A DNA stretch of 64,000 bases. Origin: a virus. The stretch is taken from positions 1 through 64,000 of the IMG/VR virus record IMGVR_UViG_3300010158_000060; one strand, given 5' to 3'. The notes beneath the pieces were generated by a model. The model was not told where the DNA came from and made no database searches. It was given only the letters and a program-made list of their open reading frames with translations. Below are positions 18,998-29,473 of the stretch, one piece after another (position 1 is the first letter of the stretch; each line of letters starts with the position of its first letter). Position numbers and translations under genes: made by a program.

Positions 18998-21900
18998 ATG
19001 GCAACATATATACAAGGTGTAACAGATTATATTCCTGATTTTCAACCATTTCAGCCTGACTATAATTTTTATAATAATGTTTTGCAAACAAAGCAAAATC
19101 AGTATGATAAGAATTATAAGCAATTAAATAATCTATATGGACAATTATACTATCAAGATGTTACTAGAGATTCTAGTACTAAGATGAAAGATGATTATTT
19201 AAAAAATATAGATTATGAATTAAAAAGAGTATCAGGTTTAGATTTATCTCTTGAGCAAAATGTAGAACAAGCTAAACAAATCTTTAGACCTGTCTATGAA
19301 AACAAGAACTTGATGAAAGATATGGCTCTTACTAAGAACTATAAAGATGAAAAGTCAAGAGCATTAGCATTAGCATCAAGTAAAAATAAAGAAGATAGAG
19401 GTGCTTACTGGGATGTAGGTATTAAAGACATGGATTACAGATTAGAAGAATTTAAAAATGCGGCAGAAGCTGATGTTTTAAGTTTTGGAAATATCATGTA
19501 TACTCCAAATGTTAATGCTACTCAACAGTATATGGACTTAGCTAAAAAGTATAATTTATCTGTTGACATAACTCAACCAGATAAATCTGGTATGTATATG
19601 GTTAGACAAAAGAATGGAGATCTTATCATTCCTACATTACAAAAGATGTTTTATGCTGATTATATTAATGATCCTGCTTTACAAAAGAAATATGCTACAG
19701 AAGCATATGTAAGGAGAAAAGATGAATCTAAAGCAAGAGCAAGTAAATATGGCAATAATGAAATTTTAGCTGAAAAAGAATTCTTAAAAGAACAGTTTTT
19801 ATTTCTTAAAGATTATACAAAAGAAAAAACAAAACAAGCTGAAGAAGCTGTATCAGCATCTACTAATCAAAAGAATAATGTAGAACAAGATATTAGTAAT
19901 GGTGAAGTAAATCCATTTCAACCCGCTTACTTACAAAAAATTGCTCAAGCAATTGAAGTAGATGAAATTGTATATAAACATAATAAAGATTTAAGTCAAG
20001 AACTTGATCCATCTGGTAATACTTATACTGGAGAAAATACTATAACTAGTGTTGAAGGATTAAATTTAGATAATCTTGAACAAGCAAGATATGATGTTGA
20101 TAGATTGCATGCAAGTTATTTAGCTGAGAGAGATATAATGTCTGCTGCAGATGCTTATTCTAGAAATGATATGATCTATAAGCAGGAAATCAGCCCTTTA
20201 GGACTTGAGACTGTTAGACATCAGCATGCAATGGAAAGAGATCAAGAAAATAATAGAAGAGCTGATTTAAGAGCTTCTGCAAAAATACAAGCTGCTTCTG
20301 ATGATGCTCTTAATAAATGGAAGTTGGATAATGGTTTTGCTGAAATAGATCCTGAAACAGGAAAAGTTGTTAATGTTAAAGCGGGAGCTCAAGAAGAAGA
20401 ATCAGGTGATGGTGGTGAAGGTGGTCAAACAGAGGACCGTTCAGTAAACTCTATTAAATATAACAGAAAGGTTTTAAATGAGCATGTTGATAAACTATCA
20501 AGTGAATACATAGATACTTGGGTTAATACAATTAAAAATGGTATTGATGGTAAAGAAATTTATGCTAATGACTTAGCATATTTGTTTGGTACAGATCGTG
20601 CAGGAGGTCAAAAAATATGGGATAAAATTAAAAATGAATATGATAATGGTGCAGATGGTAGACAAAAACTTGTTAGAGATCTTACACTTAATGCTAAAAT
20701 TTTTGATTATAAAAAAAGAATGGATGCCTGGGCATTAAAACATAATGCAGGAGGAACAGGATTGAAATATAATAAAACATCTTCTATTTCAAGTTATAAA
20801 CTTGATCAAATGAAGACATTTTATAGCATGCACTTACAAATTAAAAAAGAAAATGAAAACAGAATTGCTAGTTCTTTAAGTACAAAATTAGAAGCTAGAG
20901 GTATTGAAGATAAAGCACTAAGATATACTATTATTGATCAGTATCTTAAAAAATATGTTACTGGTAAAGCATGGGAAGATGATGAATTTAATGATATGCT
21001 TGAAAATACTCTTGACAGTTATGAAAAAAGAACAGGTAAACAAGTAAAAACTCCAGGATTCTTTTCTAGAACTGGTCAGCTTATTGCAAATATACCTAAT
21101 ATGATAGGTGCTTCAGTTTCACCTAATCCGACTAATATGTATAAAGCGGGTAAAGCAATTAAAAATTTTTCTAATGGTGATTTATTAGGTGATATGAATG
21201 AAACATATGAAGATATTGTTTATAGTCCTGATCATAAGTTAGGTTTATTATCTTATTTACCAAGTATAAAAAGTACAGCTGGTGGTAAAACTTCATTAGG
21301 AGCAACTCCAACTTCTGTTAATGTAAACTTAGGTAGAAAGGATGATAACTTAATTTACTTTAATCAATTTCTAAATGATGTAAGAAAAATTAATTTTAAT
21401 CAAGCTGATAAAAATTCTTATAGAGTTTCTTTAAAAGGTAACCAGTATGATCCAGATGCAGAAATTGATATTAATTTAAATAACAAATTAAAAAATATGT
21501 TATTTGATTTATCAACTATGTCAAAAAATAAAAGCCAAAAAGGTAATCCAACTATATTTAAACTTATTCAATCTCAAATTGGTGCTGAAAATTCTGATTT
21601 AGGAGCAATGAAAGTTAAAAATATACCTAATGAAGTTATTGAAAAATATTTTGATAAAAAGGCTGATGCTCAAATAATTTCTGATTTACAAACAAATGGG
21701 GTTACTTATATTGCACCAGCAAGTAGTTGGAAAAATAGTTTATTCCAATCTAATAAAGTCACTCCTACAGAAGCAGTATTAAATACTGGTAAAAAAATAC
21801 AATACATTGATCCTGTTTATGGACATAAACTTATCCTTGATAGAGATAATGTTACTGGTAACTATCGCTATACTACTACAATAAGAGCAGTTGATGACAA

Positions 21901-22120
21901 TGGTGAATATTATGAACTAAAAGAATCTAGTATAGCACAACCATTTGGTAAACAAATTGATGGTAAATTAAGTGAGATAATGAAAAGTTTTGCTGATGCT
22001 AATGAAATACTTTCTGATGATTTTAAAAAATATCACGGTTCTAATAATGAAAAAACTGTTAAATCTTTTCAAGATAAATTTGGTAGAGTTCCTAAAGATT
22101 CTGGATATAAAATATTATAA
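18998..22120 (+). CDS. Putative cargo/ejection protein (1040 aa)
   Basis: Long helical ORF starting MATYIQGVTDYIP..QPFQPD, located between cargo genes. No catalytic motif seen. Confidence 0.6.
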   Translation: MATYIQGVTDYIPDFQPFQPDYNFYNNVLQTKQNQYDKNYKQLNNLYGQLYYQDVTRDSSTKMKDDYLKNIDYELKRVSGLDLSLEQNVEQAKQIFRPVYENKNLMKDMALTKNYKDEKSRALALASSKNKEDRGAYWDVGIKDMDYRLEEFKNAAEADVLSFGNIMYTPNVNATQQYMDLAKKYNLSVDITQPDKSGMYMVRQKNGDLIIPTLQKMFYADYINDPALQKKYATEAYVRRKDESKARASKYGNNEILAEKEFLKEQFLFLKDYTKEKTKQAEEAVSASTNQKNNVEQDISNGEVNPFQPAYLQKIAQAIEVDEIVYKHNKDLSQELDPSGNTYTGENTITSVEGLNLDNLEQARYDVDRLHASYLAERDIMSAADAYSRNDMIYKQEISPLGLETVRHQHAMERDQENNRRADLRASAKIQAASDDALNKWKLDNGFAEIDPETGKVVNVKAGAQEEESGDGGEGGQTEDRSVNSIKYNRKVLNEHVDKLSSEYIDTWVNTIKNGIDGKEIYANDLAYLFGTDRAGGQKIWDKIKNEYDNGADGRQKLVRDLTLNAKIFDYKKRMDAWALKHNAGGTGLKYNKTSSISSYKLDQMKTFYSMHLQIKKENENRIASSLSTKLEARGIEDKALRYTIIDQYLKKYVTGKAWEDDEFNDMLENTLDSYEKRTGKQVKTPGFFSRTGQLIANIPNMIGASVSPNPTNMYKAGKAIKNFSNGDLLGDMNETYEDIVYSPDHKLGLLSYLPSIKSTAGGKTSLGATPTSVNVNLGRKDDNLIYFNQFLNDVRKINFNQADKNSYRVSLKGNQYDPDAEIDINLNNKLKNMLFDLSTMSKNKSQKGNPTIFKLIQSQIGAENSDLGAMKVKNIPNEVIEKYFDKKADAQIISDLQTNGVTYIAPASSWKNSLFQSNKVTPTEAVLNTGKKIQYIDPVYGHKLILDRDNVTGNYRYTTTIRAVDDNGEYYELKESSIAQPFGKQIDGKLSEIMKSFADANEILSDDFKKYHGSNNEKTVKSFQDKFGRVPKDSGYKIL

Positions 22121-22122
22121 TA

Positions 22123-25100
22123 ATGGCAAATACTAAGGTTGTTCCAAGCATGGCAGATTTAGATATTAATAATTTATCTAACACAAGTAAAATTATTGAC
22201 ACTAGACAAGCAATGTCTGGTGTGACTCCTAATACACCAGCTAAAAATACTAGTAGTAGTAGAGATCGTATGAAAGCTATTTCTAATTCAATTACTGCAA
22301 GTGATGCTGCTTTTCAAGATAAGAATGAATATGGTAATGTATATGCTTATGATAATAGTCCATCAGGACCTTCTTTTAAAGCAAGATACAAAGCTTATGG
22401 TCAAGAGACTTATAATAAAATAGGTTTTGATCCTAATATTGATAATGAAGCTGTATACAATCAACAGACAAATACATTTGATGATATGAAAAGGTGGGCT
22501 GTAAATGCAGCCTTACCTATGGTAGGACTTGGTTTTATGTCTCCTTTAAATTCATATGCAAGTGGTTTTGGAGGTGATCTTGATGCAAGTAGACAAGAAG
22601 CAAAAGATTATGAGTATTACAATGCTATAGGTTACTCTAGTAAAGGTGGTGTAGGTGGATTTACTACAAACTTACTAAACTCTGTTTCATACTCTGCAGG
22701 TATTTTATTAGAAGGTGCTGCAGAAGGTATGATGATTGGTGCTGCTGTTGGAGCTGTAGGAGGTGGAGGTGCAGGTGCTGGTCCTGGTGCTCTTATAGGT
22801 GGTGCTATAAAAGGGTTAGAAGCATTTGCAAAAATTCCTAGTGCCCTTTTTCAATCAGTTAAAAATATTGGTAAAATTAGTACTGCTGTTAATGAATTAA
22901 AAAACATAAATGCTGCTAAGAACTTTTTTACATCAGCTGTAAAAGGGACCGCTAAATTTTTAAATCCATTAGAGAATACATATGATGCATACAAATCTTT
23001 AAAAGGAGTTGATGACATAACTAGATTAGCTAAGGTATCTAAAACTGCTGGTGCATTTTGGCATGATATAATGGGTGTAAACTTAGCATTATCTGAAGGT
23101 AGATTGGAAGGAGGTTTTGCTCAGAAATCTGTTTATGATAAATTGTACAATGACCACTATGCTAAATTTGGTCAAGCTCCATCTTCTGAACAACAAGTAG
23201 AAATGATGAAGCAAGCTAAAAAAGCTGGTTTTAAAAATACAATATGGAATACAGGATTAGTATTTAATTCAAACAAGATTGCTTTTCCTTCTATTACAAG
23301 AGCTAGTTTTTTAAAAGGTGTACCTAGATTTAATTTTGGAAAAGTAGTAGGAGAAGTTGGAAAAGAATTTCAACTAGTATTTAATCCAGCAGATGATATT
23401 GCAAAATCTTATTATTCTAAAGAAGCTATATCTTTAAAAAATTCTCTTAAAGCTTTAAAAGATCCAAAAAAACTTGGTGCAGGAGCATTAAACTACTTTA
23501 AGAAAAATCTTGTTGAAGGTGCTCAGGAAATTGGTCAGGAAGTTTTAGCTTCAGCAACAGAAAAACAATTTGTTGATGGTTATTATAGCAAAGCTTCATC
23601 AGGATATATGTATAGTATCGGAGCTTTATTAGATGGACTTGGTAAACAAATGAATGAACAAGGTGCAGAAACATTTGCATCTGGTTTCTTAATGGGAAGT
23701 TTACTAGAAGGACCAAGTAAATTATTTAAATTTGGTACTAAGAACTTTAGTAGATTATATACAGATAAAGCATTATATGAAAAAAATCTAAAAGAAAGAG
23801 GAGCTCAAGCAGACAACATTGTCAATGCATTAAATAACATGCATAAAAATGCTAAGTATTTCTTTGATCCTAGAATGAGTAATTATTCTACACAAATGCT
23901 TGTAGCAAAAGCTGTGGATAATCCTGATAATGTTACTAAGAAAGACGCTAAAGATTTAGAATTTCAGGCTTTTCAAAGTTCAGTACTTACAGCTTTAAGA
24001 ACAGGAACTTTTGATATGTTTGTTAAAAATCTTGGTGATTACAAAACATTATCTCCTGAAGAACTAGAAGAAGCATGGTCATTAGAACAAGGTCAAGGAG
24101 AGAAAGCTTTACAAAATATTGATAAAGCAATTAATTCTGCAAAAGTAACTGAAGCAAGATTTAATTATGCAAGAGATAAGTTCAAAGACTTTGTTGACTT
24201 AAATAACTATAAAGAAGGTTCACCAGAACATCAAGTAGCACAAATATATAACCAAGCATATCTGGAATCAATAAACAGCTTTGTGTTCCTACAGAACAGT
24301 TTTGATGACGGACTAAAGAGACTAGAAAAGTTATATGGTTCTGCTAATAAAATTAAATCTTTGTCATCAAGTGCTTTTAGTAATTTCAGTATTTTATCTG
24401 ACGCTAATAAATTAAGTGCTCAGATCAATTACCTTATGGAAGAAATTGATTCTGCAGCTTCTACAAATGATCCTAGACTGTCTGAAGAAATCAATAGAAA
24501 AAGAACATTACTTAATGCATTAAATACATTTCATACTACCCAAGAAAATATCACAGGTGCAAATCTTATGGAAGTTTTAAATAACATTAAAGAAAATGGT
24601 GATGTTAGTGACTCAAGAGTAACAGATTATTTAGATAGTTTTCAAGATGTACTTGAAGCTATAGCTATCAATAATAAAGAAGATGGATCTTTTGATGATG
24701 TAGATCAAGTAAAAGCAAAATTAAGAGCTGAGCTTGACAATAATGGAGGTATTGATGATCTTTTTGGTTCTTTGTTTGACATTCATTTGTTAAGACATGA
24801 GAACACAGCAATGGCTAAATATGTTAACATGTTGGCTGATCCTCAAGGTTTTTATGATCATTTAAATAAAAACTTCACTTGGATGAAAGATCTTTATAAT
24901 AACAGAAAAGAATATTATAAAGAAATTGTAAATAAAGAAATCTCTGATGTGGAGAAAAATGAAGTATTAAATACTTTAGCTTCTAAAGGTATATTTGTTG
25001 ATTTAGATGAGTTTGCTGAATGGTGTAATAATCCAAATTATTTACCATCTTATTTTATAGACACAACTAAAGAAATGATTATAAATCAAGATAGTGTTTT

Positions 25101-28100
25101 ATATGAAGAGTATGCTTATTTATTTCAAATAGCAGCTCAACTATCTGAACAAAGAGCAGCAGGTGATCCTGCAACCTTGCAACAAAAATATGAAGATAGG
25201 TTATCTGAATTAAGACAACAAAAAACTACTGAATTAAATAAAGCAAATGAAGATTTTGAACAAGCATTTAAAGATGAAACAGGAGTTGAGTTACAAGATG
25301 CATATGCTCAAAATCAAGAAGCTTATGATAAAAATAAACAATTAGAAGAGGATCAAAAACTTGCTTCTGAAAAAATTAATAAGCTTCAAACTTTATTAGA
25401 TGTAATTGGTAATGATCCTGTAGATTCAAATAAAATTACAGAACTTGCTGATGAATTATTATCAGCAGAAGAACTACAATTAATAGAAGAAGAAACAGAT
25501 AGTACTCTTATTAATGCTATTGCATCACGTCAATTTAAAAGACCTAAGGCTGGTTCTGATCCTGATATTATTGATAGAACAATTGATATTATATATGCTT
25601 TAACAGAAAAATCTCCTACACTACTTGCTCAAAAAATTGAAGAACAAAATAATATTCTTAAACAAAATCCTTTAGAGATAATTAGTGTTAGTGATACTAA
25701 ATCTTTCAAAGTTAATGAAGAAAGAATTGGTGCTATAAACACTAGATATGATAAGTTTGAAGCTGATTTAGAAACAGAGTTTAAAGAAAAAGGCATAGAC
25801 AGAGTAACTCAAGAAGATTTTACTGCACAGATGGGTTATGATGCTTATCCTCAAGATTTGCAAAATGAAGTTAATGAAAAATTTGATGCTTATTTAGAGT
25901 CTATTGATATAGATCCGGCAAGTTTGCAAGATACTGATGTAATTAAATATTCTAATTTAAGACAGAACTGGTTAGAAAGTTCTGATGGTGCATCTTTATT
26001 AAATGAATACAATAAGAAAGTTAGAGAAGAAGGTGAAGCTAGAGCTAAAGCTTTGAAAGAACCTCCTGTTTTAACTTCTAGAATTGCTAAGAATTTAAAG
26101 ATAGAAGCAACAATTCCTATAAGTAATTTAAATGCAATTATAGACAAACTAGAGAATGCAGTTAAAACTAAAATCTACACTACTTATAAAAATGGTCAGG
26201 TAGATAGAGAAATAAAACTTACAGATCAAGATCTTAAAGAAATAGGAGAAGACATTGATAAACTTAAAACATTCCTACAGTACAGACAAGGCTCATTACA
26301 ACCAGTAAGTTTAGCAGAAAAAGTATTAGAAAGTTTTAAGAAAGGTGTTGCAGCTAGACAAGATGAATTAGTTGATGTATTTGATGAAGATGGTAACAAG
26401 ATAGGTAGAAAATTTGCTGATGATCCTGATAATAAACTTACTACCAGAGTAACTACAATTTCTGATAACATGGCTTCTAAAGTACCAGGTACAAAAAAAC
26501 CAGGTTATGATGATGAGTATGTAAATGAGATTGTAAAAGCATTCTTTTCTGAATATAATCTTGCAGTTAAAAAAGGTGATGTTGATGCATTTGATAAAGC
26601 ATGGAAACTATTTACTGAACTTGCAAGAACAAACTATAAACAGTTTAATAATGAGCAAAAGAAAGCTAGAATTAGAGCTGCATTAGAAAAAGATACAACA
26701 GAAGAAAACTTTAAAAAATTAATTGAAAAAGAATCATTTTCAAATAATGCTCAAGCTGGTACTAATCTAGATGCTGCTACAAAAATGTTCTTTACTATTG
26801 ATGCTGCTACAGGTACCTGGGCTTCATTTAAATATAGTGACAGTGTAGAAATTGACGGTAAAGAAACTAAAATTTCAGACATCATGAGTGAATCTGCTTT
26901 TAATCAAATGTTTGGTGAAAGAGGAATTGTTACAAGATTTAGAGCTGATTTAGATACAAAAGGTTATTTACCACTTACTAATAATGTTAAACTATTTGAC
27001 AAAAGTTTATTAGAAAATGGTGTTTCTGGTGAAACAGATTTAGTATTGATTAATACTAAAGGTGAGATCATGATTGTAGACTTTAAAACATCTGTATCTT
27101 GGAATAGTTTTAATAATCCAACCAGCTGGAAGAATGTTGCATATAGAGCTCAGCTTTCTATTTATAGAAACTTGTATCATAATATGACAGGTGTTACTCC
27201 AAAGATTGCATTATTCCCAATGAGAATTAGATTGGATAAGAATGCTTCTTCATATGTTACTGAAGTAACTGTTGGTGGTGAAAAATATAAAGATAAACCA
27301 TTAGAACCATTAGTTCCAAACACAGCTAAGTTATTTAATACACTTGAACTTGAATACTTACCAGATGTAGAAGCTGAAGGTATAACTTTGTCTACACCAG
27401 CAATTGCTGCAGAGATAGAAACTTCGGGTGAAGAAGGTGTAAAAGTTGAACCAAGTTTACAAATAAATGCTTCTGATACATCTAAAGTATTACTTAAAGA
27501 TAATGTAGGTAAGCAAGTGATTTACAATGGTAAGATTGGTACTTTAATTTTACAAGATGATGGAACCTATGGTGTAGAAGTTGATTTAGGTTTTGAACAA
27601 TCTATGTCTGAAGCTTTAATAGGAAATGAAGAAACAGGACTAAAGGCTGATTTGGCTCTTGCTGAAGGGGAATTTGGAGATCCTAAATTAGCTGCTGAAA
27701 TCAAGAAAAAAATTGAGGACTTACAAAAGACTCAAAAAGGTAAAGAAATATATCCTCTTCTTTCAAAAAATAAAAATATTACTGATGGTAGTGTTGAATT
27801 AATTAATGCAGGTTTAGCTTTAATAACACCAATTGAAAACATTGGTCAAATTTCTATTATCAAAGGGACTGTTATAGATGCTAAGTTTGAAAATAGTAAT
27901 GAAAACATTGCAATTGTAAATGGAGTAAGATATACTGTAGGAAGAAATGCTTTAGGTGAGATAACTCAACTTGTTTATTTTAAGAATGATGCAAAAAGAG
28001 ATGAACTTGATCAATCAATTTCTGCTTTAACAAAAAAGGTAAATTCTGAAAGACAAAGAATGCAAGCTGCTAAGACAGAGATTGAAAGTCTTAATGATGA

Positions 28101-29472
28101 AATTGCAAATTTGGAAAAACAAAAAAGAAATGATGGTTCTGACTTTGTTGGAATAAGTAATAAAATTAAAAAACTTAAACAAACAATCAATACACTTTCT
28201 CAAGCATCATTTATTAGAAGAATAGGTAAAGCTCAAGCTAGAATAAAAGAACTACAGGAAGAAAGAAATAAATTATCTACTGATGATAAAGTATTTGTAT
28301 TAGGTGGTAACAGCAATGATGTAATATTTGCATTAAACAGATTACCTAACCAGTTCCAAAAAAACAGAGCAAGTAAAACCGCAGCTGATACACAAAAAGA
28401 ATTAAAGCAAATAGCTTCTTTCTCCGAGGCTTCTCCTAAAGTAGAAAAAGAACTAGATACTATCTTAGAGAAAAACTTCCCTGAAGAGTTAAATGTATTG
28501 TTTGCAAAAGGTATATCAGAATTTAAAGGAAAGGGTAAAGAGCTTGCTAAAATTAAAAATTGGATTGATGAAACAATAGTGAACCTGTTAGCATATCAAA
28601 ATATGTTAATGGTGGAAAATGATGCTTTAGGATTTGATGCTGTTGACAGACAAATTAATGCATTAAATGAATTAACCAATCAATTAAATTTAATTAACTT
28701 AACTGCTAAAAACAGAATTGCTAAAGAACAACCATATGAACAAGAACTCAATGAAATCTTCGGACCAGAGTCAGAAGTACAATCCGGGACTAGTGTACCT
28801 GAGATTCAAAGCCCTACCAGAGGACAAACAAAGACTGTTTCTGGAGAAACAAGCGGAGGACAAGAGAAAGAAATTTCAATCTCTGAACTCAAAAAAATAG
28901 TCAATTCTTCCTCAGAAGAACTTGATAATTTATTACCAGAAGAATCCGGTATTAATGTAGCAACTGAAGCTTTTGCTGATATTACTGACTTAGAAGCATT
29001 ACATCTTAAAAAGATAGAGTTAATTAAAAATAGAAAAAATAATAAATTAACTCTTGATAAAATTGAGATTGCTTTTGAAAACAGATCTCTTGAATTAAAA
29101 GAAAAAGTGAACATTGCTTCATTGAAAAAGGGTGATATATTACAAGATATTGGTAACTTTACAAATCAAGATTCTCCTGTACAAATAGTAAAAGTTAACA
29201 AAAATTCTGTTATATTAAAGTACGGAGATGTTACTCAAGAAGTAACTGAAGATGAGCTTGAAAATAATTTTGTTAAACCTACTAATGAAACTGTAATGCC
29301 CGAAACTGTAAAACCTTCTCAAGAAACTGTTGATGCCTCAGAACAAACTAAAACTGATGCTTCTGAAAATCTTACTAATAAAGATTTTTTAGAGAGAAAT
29401 GAAAAAGAAGCAGATGATTCATCCAAAGATGACTTATTCAAAAACTTAGAAGATAATTCAAAAACTTGTTAA
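22123..29472 (+). CDS. Giant cargo protein (2449 aa) with a glycine-zipper membrane-like segment, coiled coils and a PD-(D/E)xK nuclease domain
   Basis: GAAVGAVGGGGAGAGPGALIGG at about 22740-22805. GVSGETDLVL...IVDFKT...YRAQLSIY at about 27020-27165. Confidence 0.7.
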   Translation: MANTKVVPSMADLDINNLSNTSKIIDTRQAMSGVTPNTPAKNTSSSRDRMKAISNSITASDAAFQDKNEYGNVYAYDNSPSGPSFKARYKAYGQETYNKIGFDPNIDNEAVYNQQTNTFDDMKRWAVNAALPMVGLGFMSPLNSYASGFGGDLDASRQEAKDYEYYNAIGYSSKGGVGGFTTNLLNSVSYSAGILLEGAAEGMMIGAAVGAVGGGGAGAGPGALIGGAIKGLEAFAKIPSALFQSVKNIGKISTAVNELKNINAAKNFFTSAVKGTAKFLNPLENTYDAYKSLKGVDDITRLAKVSKTAGAFWHDIMGVNLALSEGRLEGGFAQKSVYDKLYNDHYAKFGQAPSSEQQVEMMKQAKKAGFKNTIWNTGLVFNSNKIAFPSITRASFLKGVPRFNFGKVVGEVGKEFQLVFNPADDIAKSYYSKEAISLKNSLKALKDPKKLGAGALNYFKKNLVEGAQEIGQEVLASATEKQFVDGYYSKASSGYMYSIGALLDGLGKQMNEQGAETFASGFLMGSLLEGPSKLFKFGTKNFSRLYTDKALYEKNLKERGAQADNIVNALNNMHKNAKYFFDPRMSNYSTQMLVAKAVDNPDNVTKKDAKDLEFQAFQSSVLTALRTGTFDMFVKNLGDYKTLSPEELEEAWSLEQGQGEKALQNIDKAINSAKVTEARFNYARDKFKDFVDLNNYKEGSPEHQVAQIYNQAYLESINSFVFLQNSFDDGLKRLEKLYGSANKIKSLSSSAFSNFSILSDANKLSAQINYLMEEIDSAASTNDPRLSEEINRKRTLLNALNTFHTTQENITGANLMEVLNNIKENGDVSDSRVTDYLDSFQDVLEAIAINNKEDGSFDDVDQVKAKLRAELDNNGGIDDLFGSLFDIHLLRHENTAMAKYVNMLADPQGFYDHLNKNFTWMKDLYNNRKEYYKEIVNKEISDVEKNEVLNTLASKGIFVDLDEFAEWCNNPNYLPSYFIDTTKEMIINQDSVLYEEYAYLFQIAAQLSEQRAAGDPATLQQKYEDRLSELRQQKTTELNKANEDFEQAFKDETGVELQDAYAQNQEAYDKNKQLEEDQKLASEKINKLQTLLDVIGNDPVDSNKITELADELLSAEELQLIEEETDSTLINAIASRQFKRPKAGSDPDIIDRTIDIIYALTEKSPTLLAQKIEEQNNILKQNPLEIISVSDTKSFKVNEERIGAINTRYDKFEADLETEFKEKGIDRVTQEDFTAQMGYDAYPQDLQNEVNEKFDAYLESIDIDPASLQDTDVIKYSNLRQNWLESSDGASLLNEYNKKVREEGEARAKALKEPPVLTSRIAKNLKIEATIPISNLNAIIDKLENAVKTKIYTTYKNGQVDREIKLTDQDLKEIGEDIDKLKTFLQYRQGSLQPVSLAEKVLESFKKGVAARQDELVDVFDEDGNKIGRKFADDPDNKLTTRVTTISDNMASKVPGTKKPGYDDEYVNEIVKAFFSEYNLAVKKGDVDAFDKAWKLFTELARTNYKQFNNEQKKARIRAALEKDTTEENFKKLIEKESFSNNAQAGTNLDAATKMFFTIDAATGTWASFKYSDSVEIDGKETKISDIMSESAFNQMFGERGIVTRFRADLDTKGYLPLTNNVKLFDKSLLENGVSGETDLVLINTKGEIMIVDFKTSVSWNSFNNPTSWKNVAYRAQLSIYRNLYHNMTGVTPKIALFPMRIRLDKNASSYVTEVTVGGEKYKDKPLEPLVPNTAKLFNTLELEYLPDVEAEGITLSTPAIAAEIETSGEEGVKVEPSLQINASDTSKVLLKDNVGKQVIYNGKIGTLILQDDGTYGVEVDLGFEQSMSEALIGNEETGLKADLALAEGEFGDPKLAAEIKKKIEDLQKTQKGKEIYPLLSKNKNITDGSVELINAGLALITPIENIGQISIIKGTVIDAKFENSNENIAIVNGVRYTVGRNALGEITQLVYFKNDAKRDELDQSISALTKKVNSERQRMQAAKTEIESLNDEIANLEKQKRNDGSDFVGISNKIKKLKQTINTLSQASFIRRIGKAQARIKELQEERNKLSTDDKVFVLGGNSNDVIFALNRLPNQFQKNRASKTAADTQKELKQIASFSEASPKVEKELDTILEKNFPEELNVLFAKGISEFKGKGKELAKIKNWIDETIVNLLAYQNMLMVENDALGFDAVDRQINALNELTNQLNLINLTAKNRIAKEQPYEQELNEIFGPESEVQSGTSVPEIQSPTRGQTKTVSGETSGGQEKEISISELKKIVNSSSEELDNLLPEESGINVATEAFADITDLEALHLKKIELIKNRKNNKLTLDKIEIAFENRSLELKEKVNIASLKKGDILQDIGNFTNQDSPVQIVKVNKNSVILKYGDVTQEVTEDELENNFVKPTNETVMPETVKPSQETVDASEQTKTDASENLTNKDFLERNEKEADDSSKDDLFKNLEDNSKTC

Positions 29473-29473
29473 T

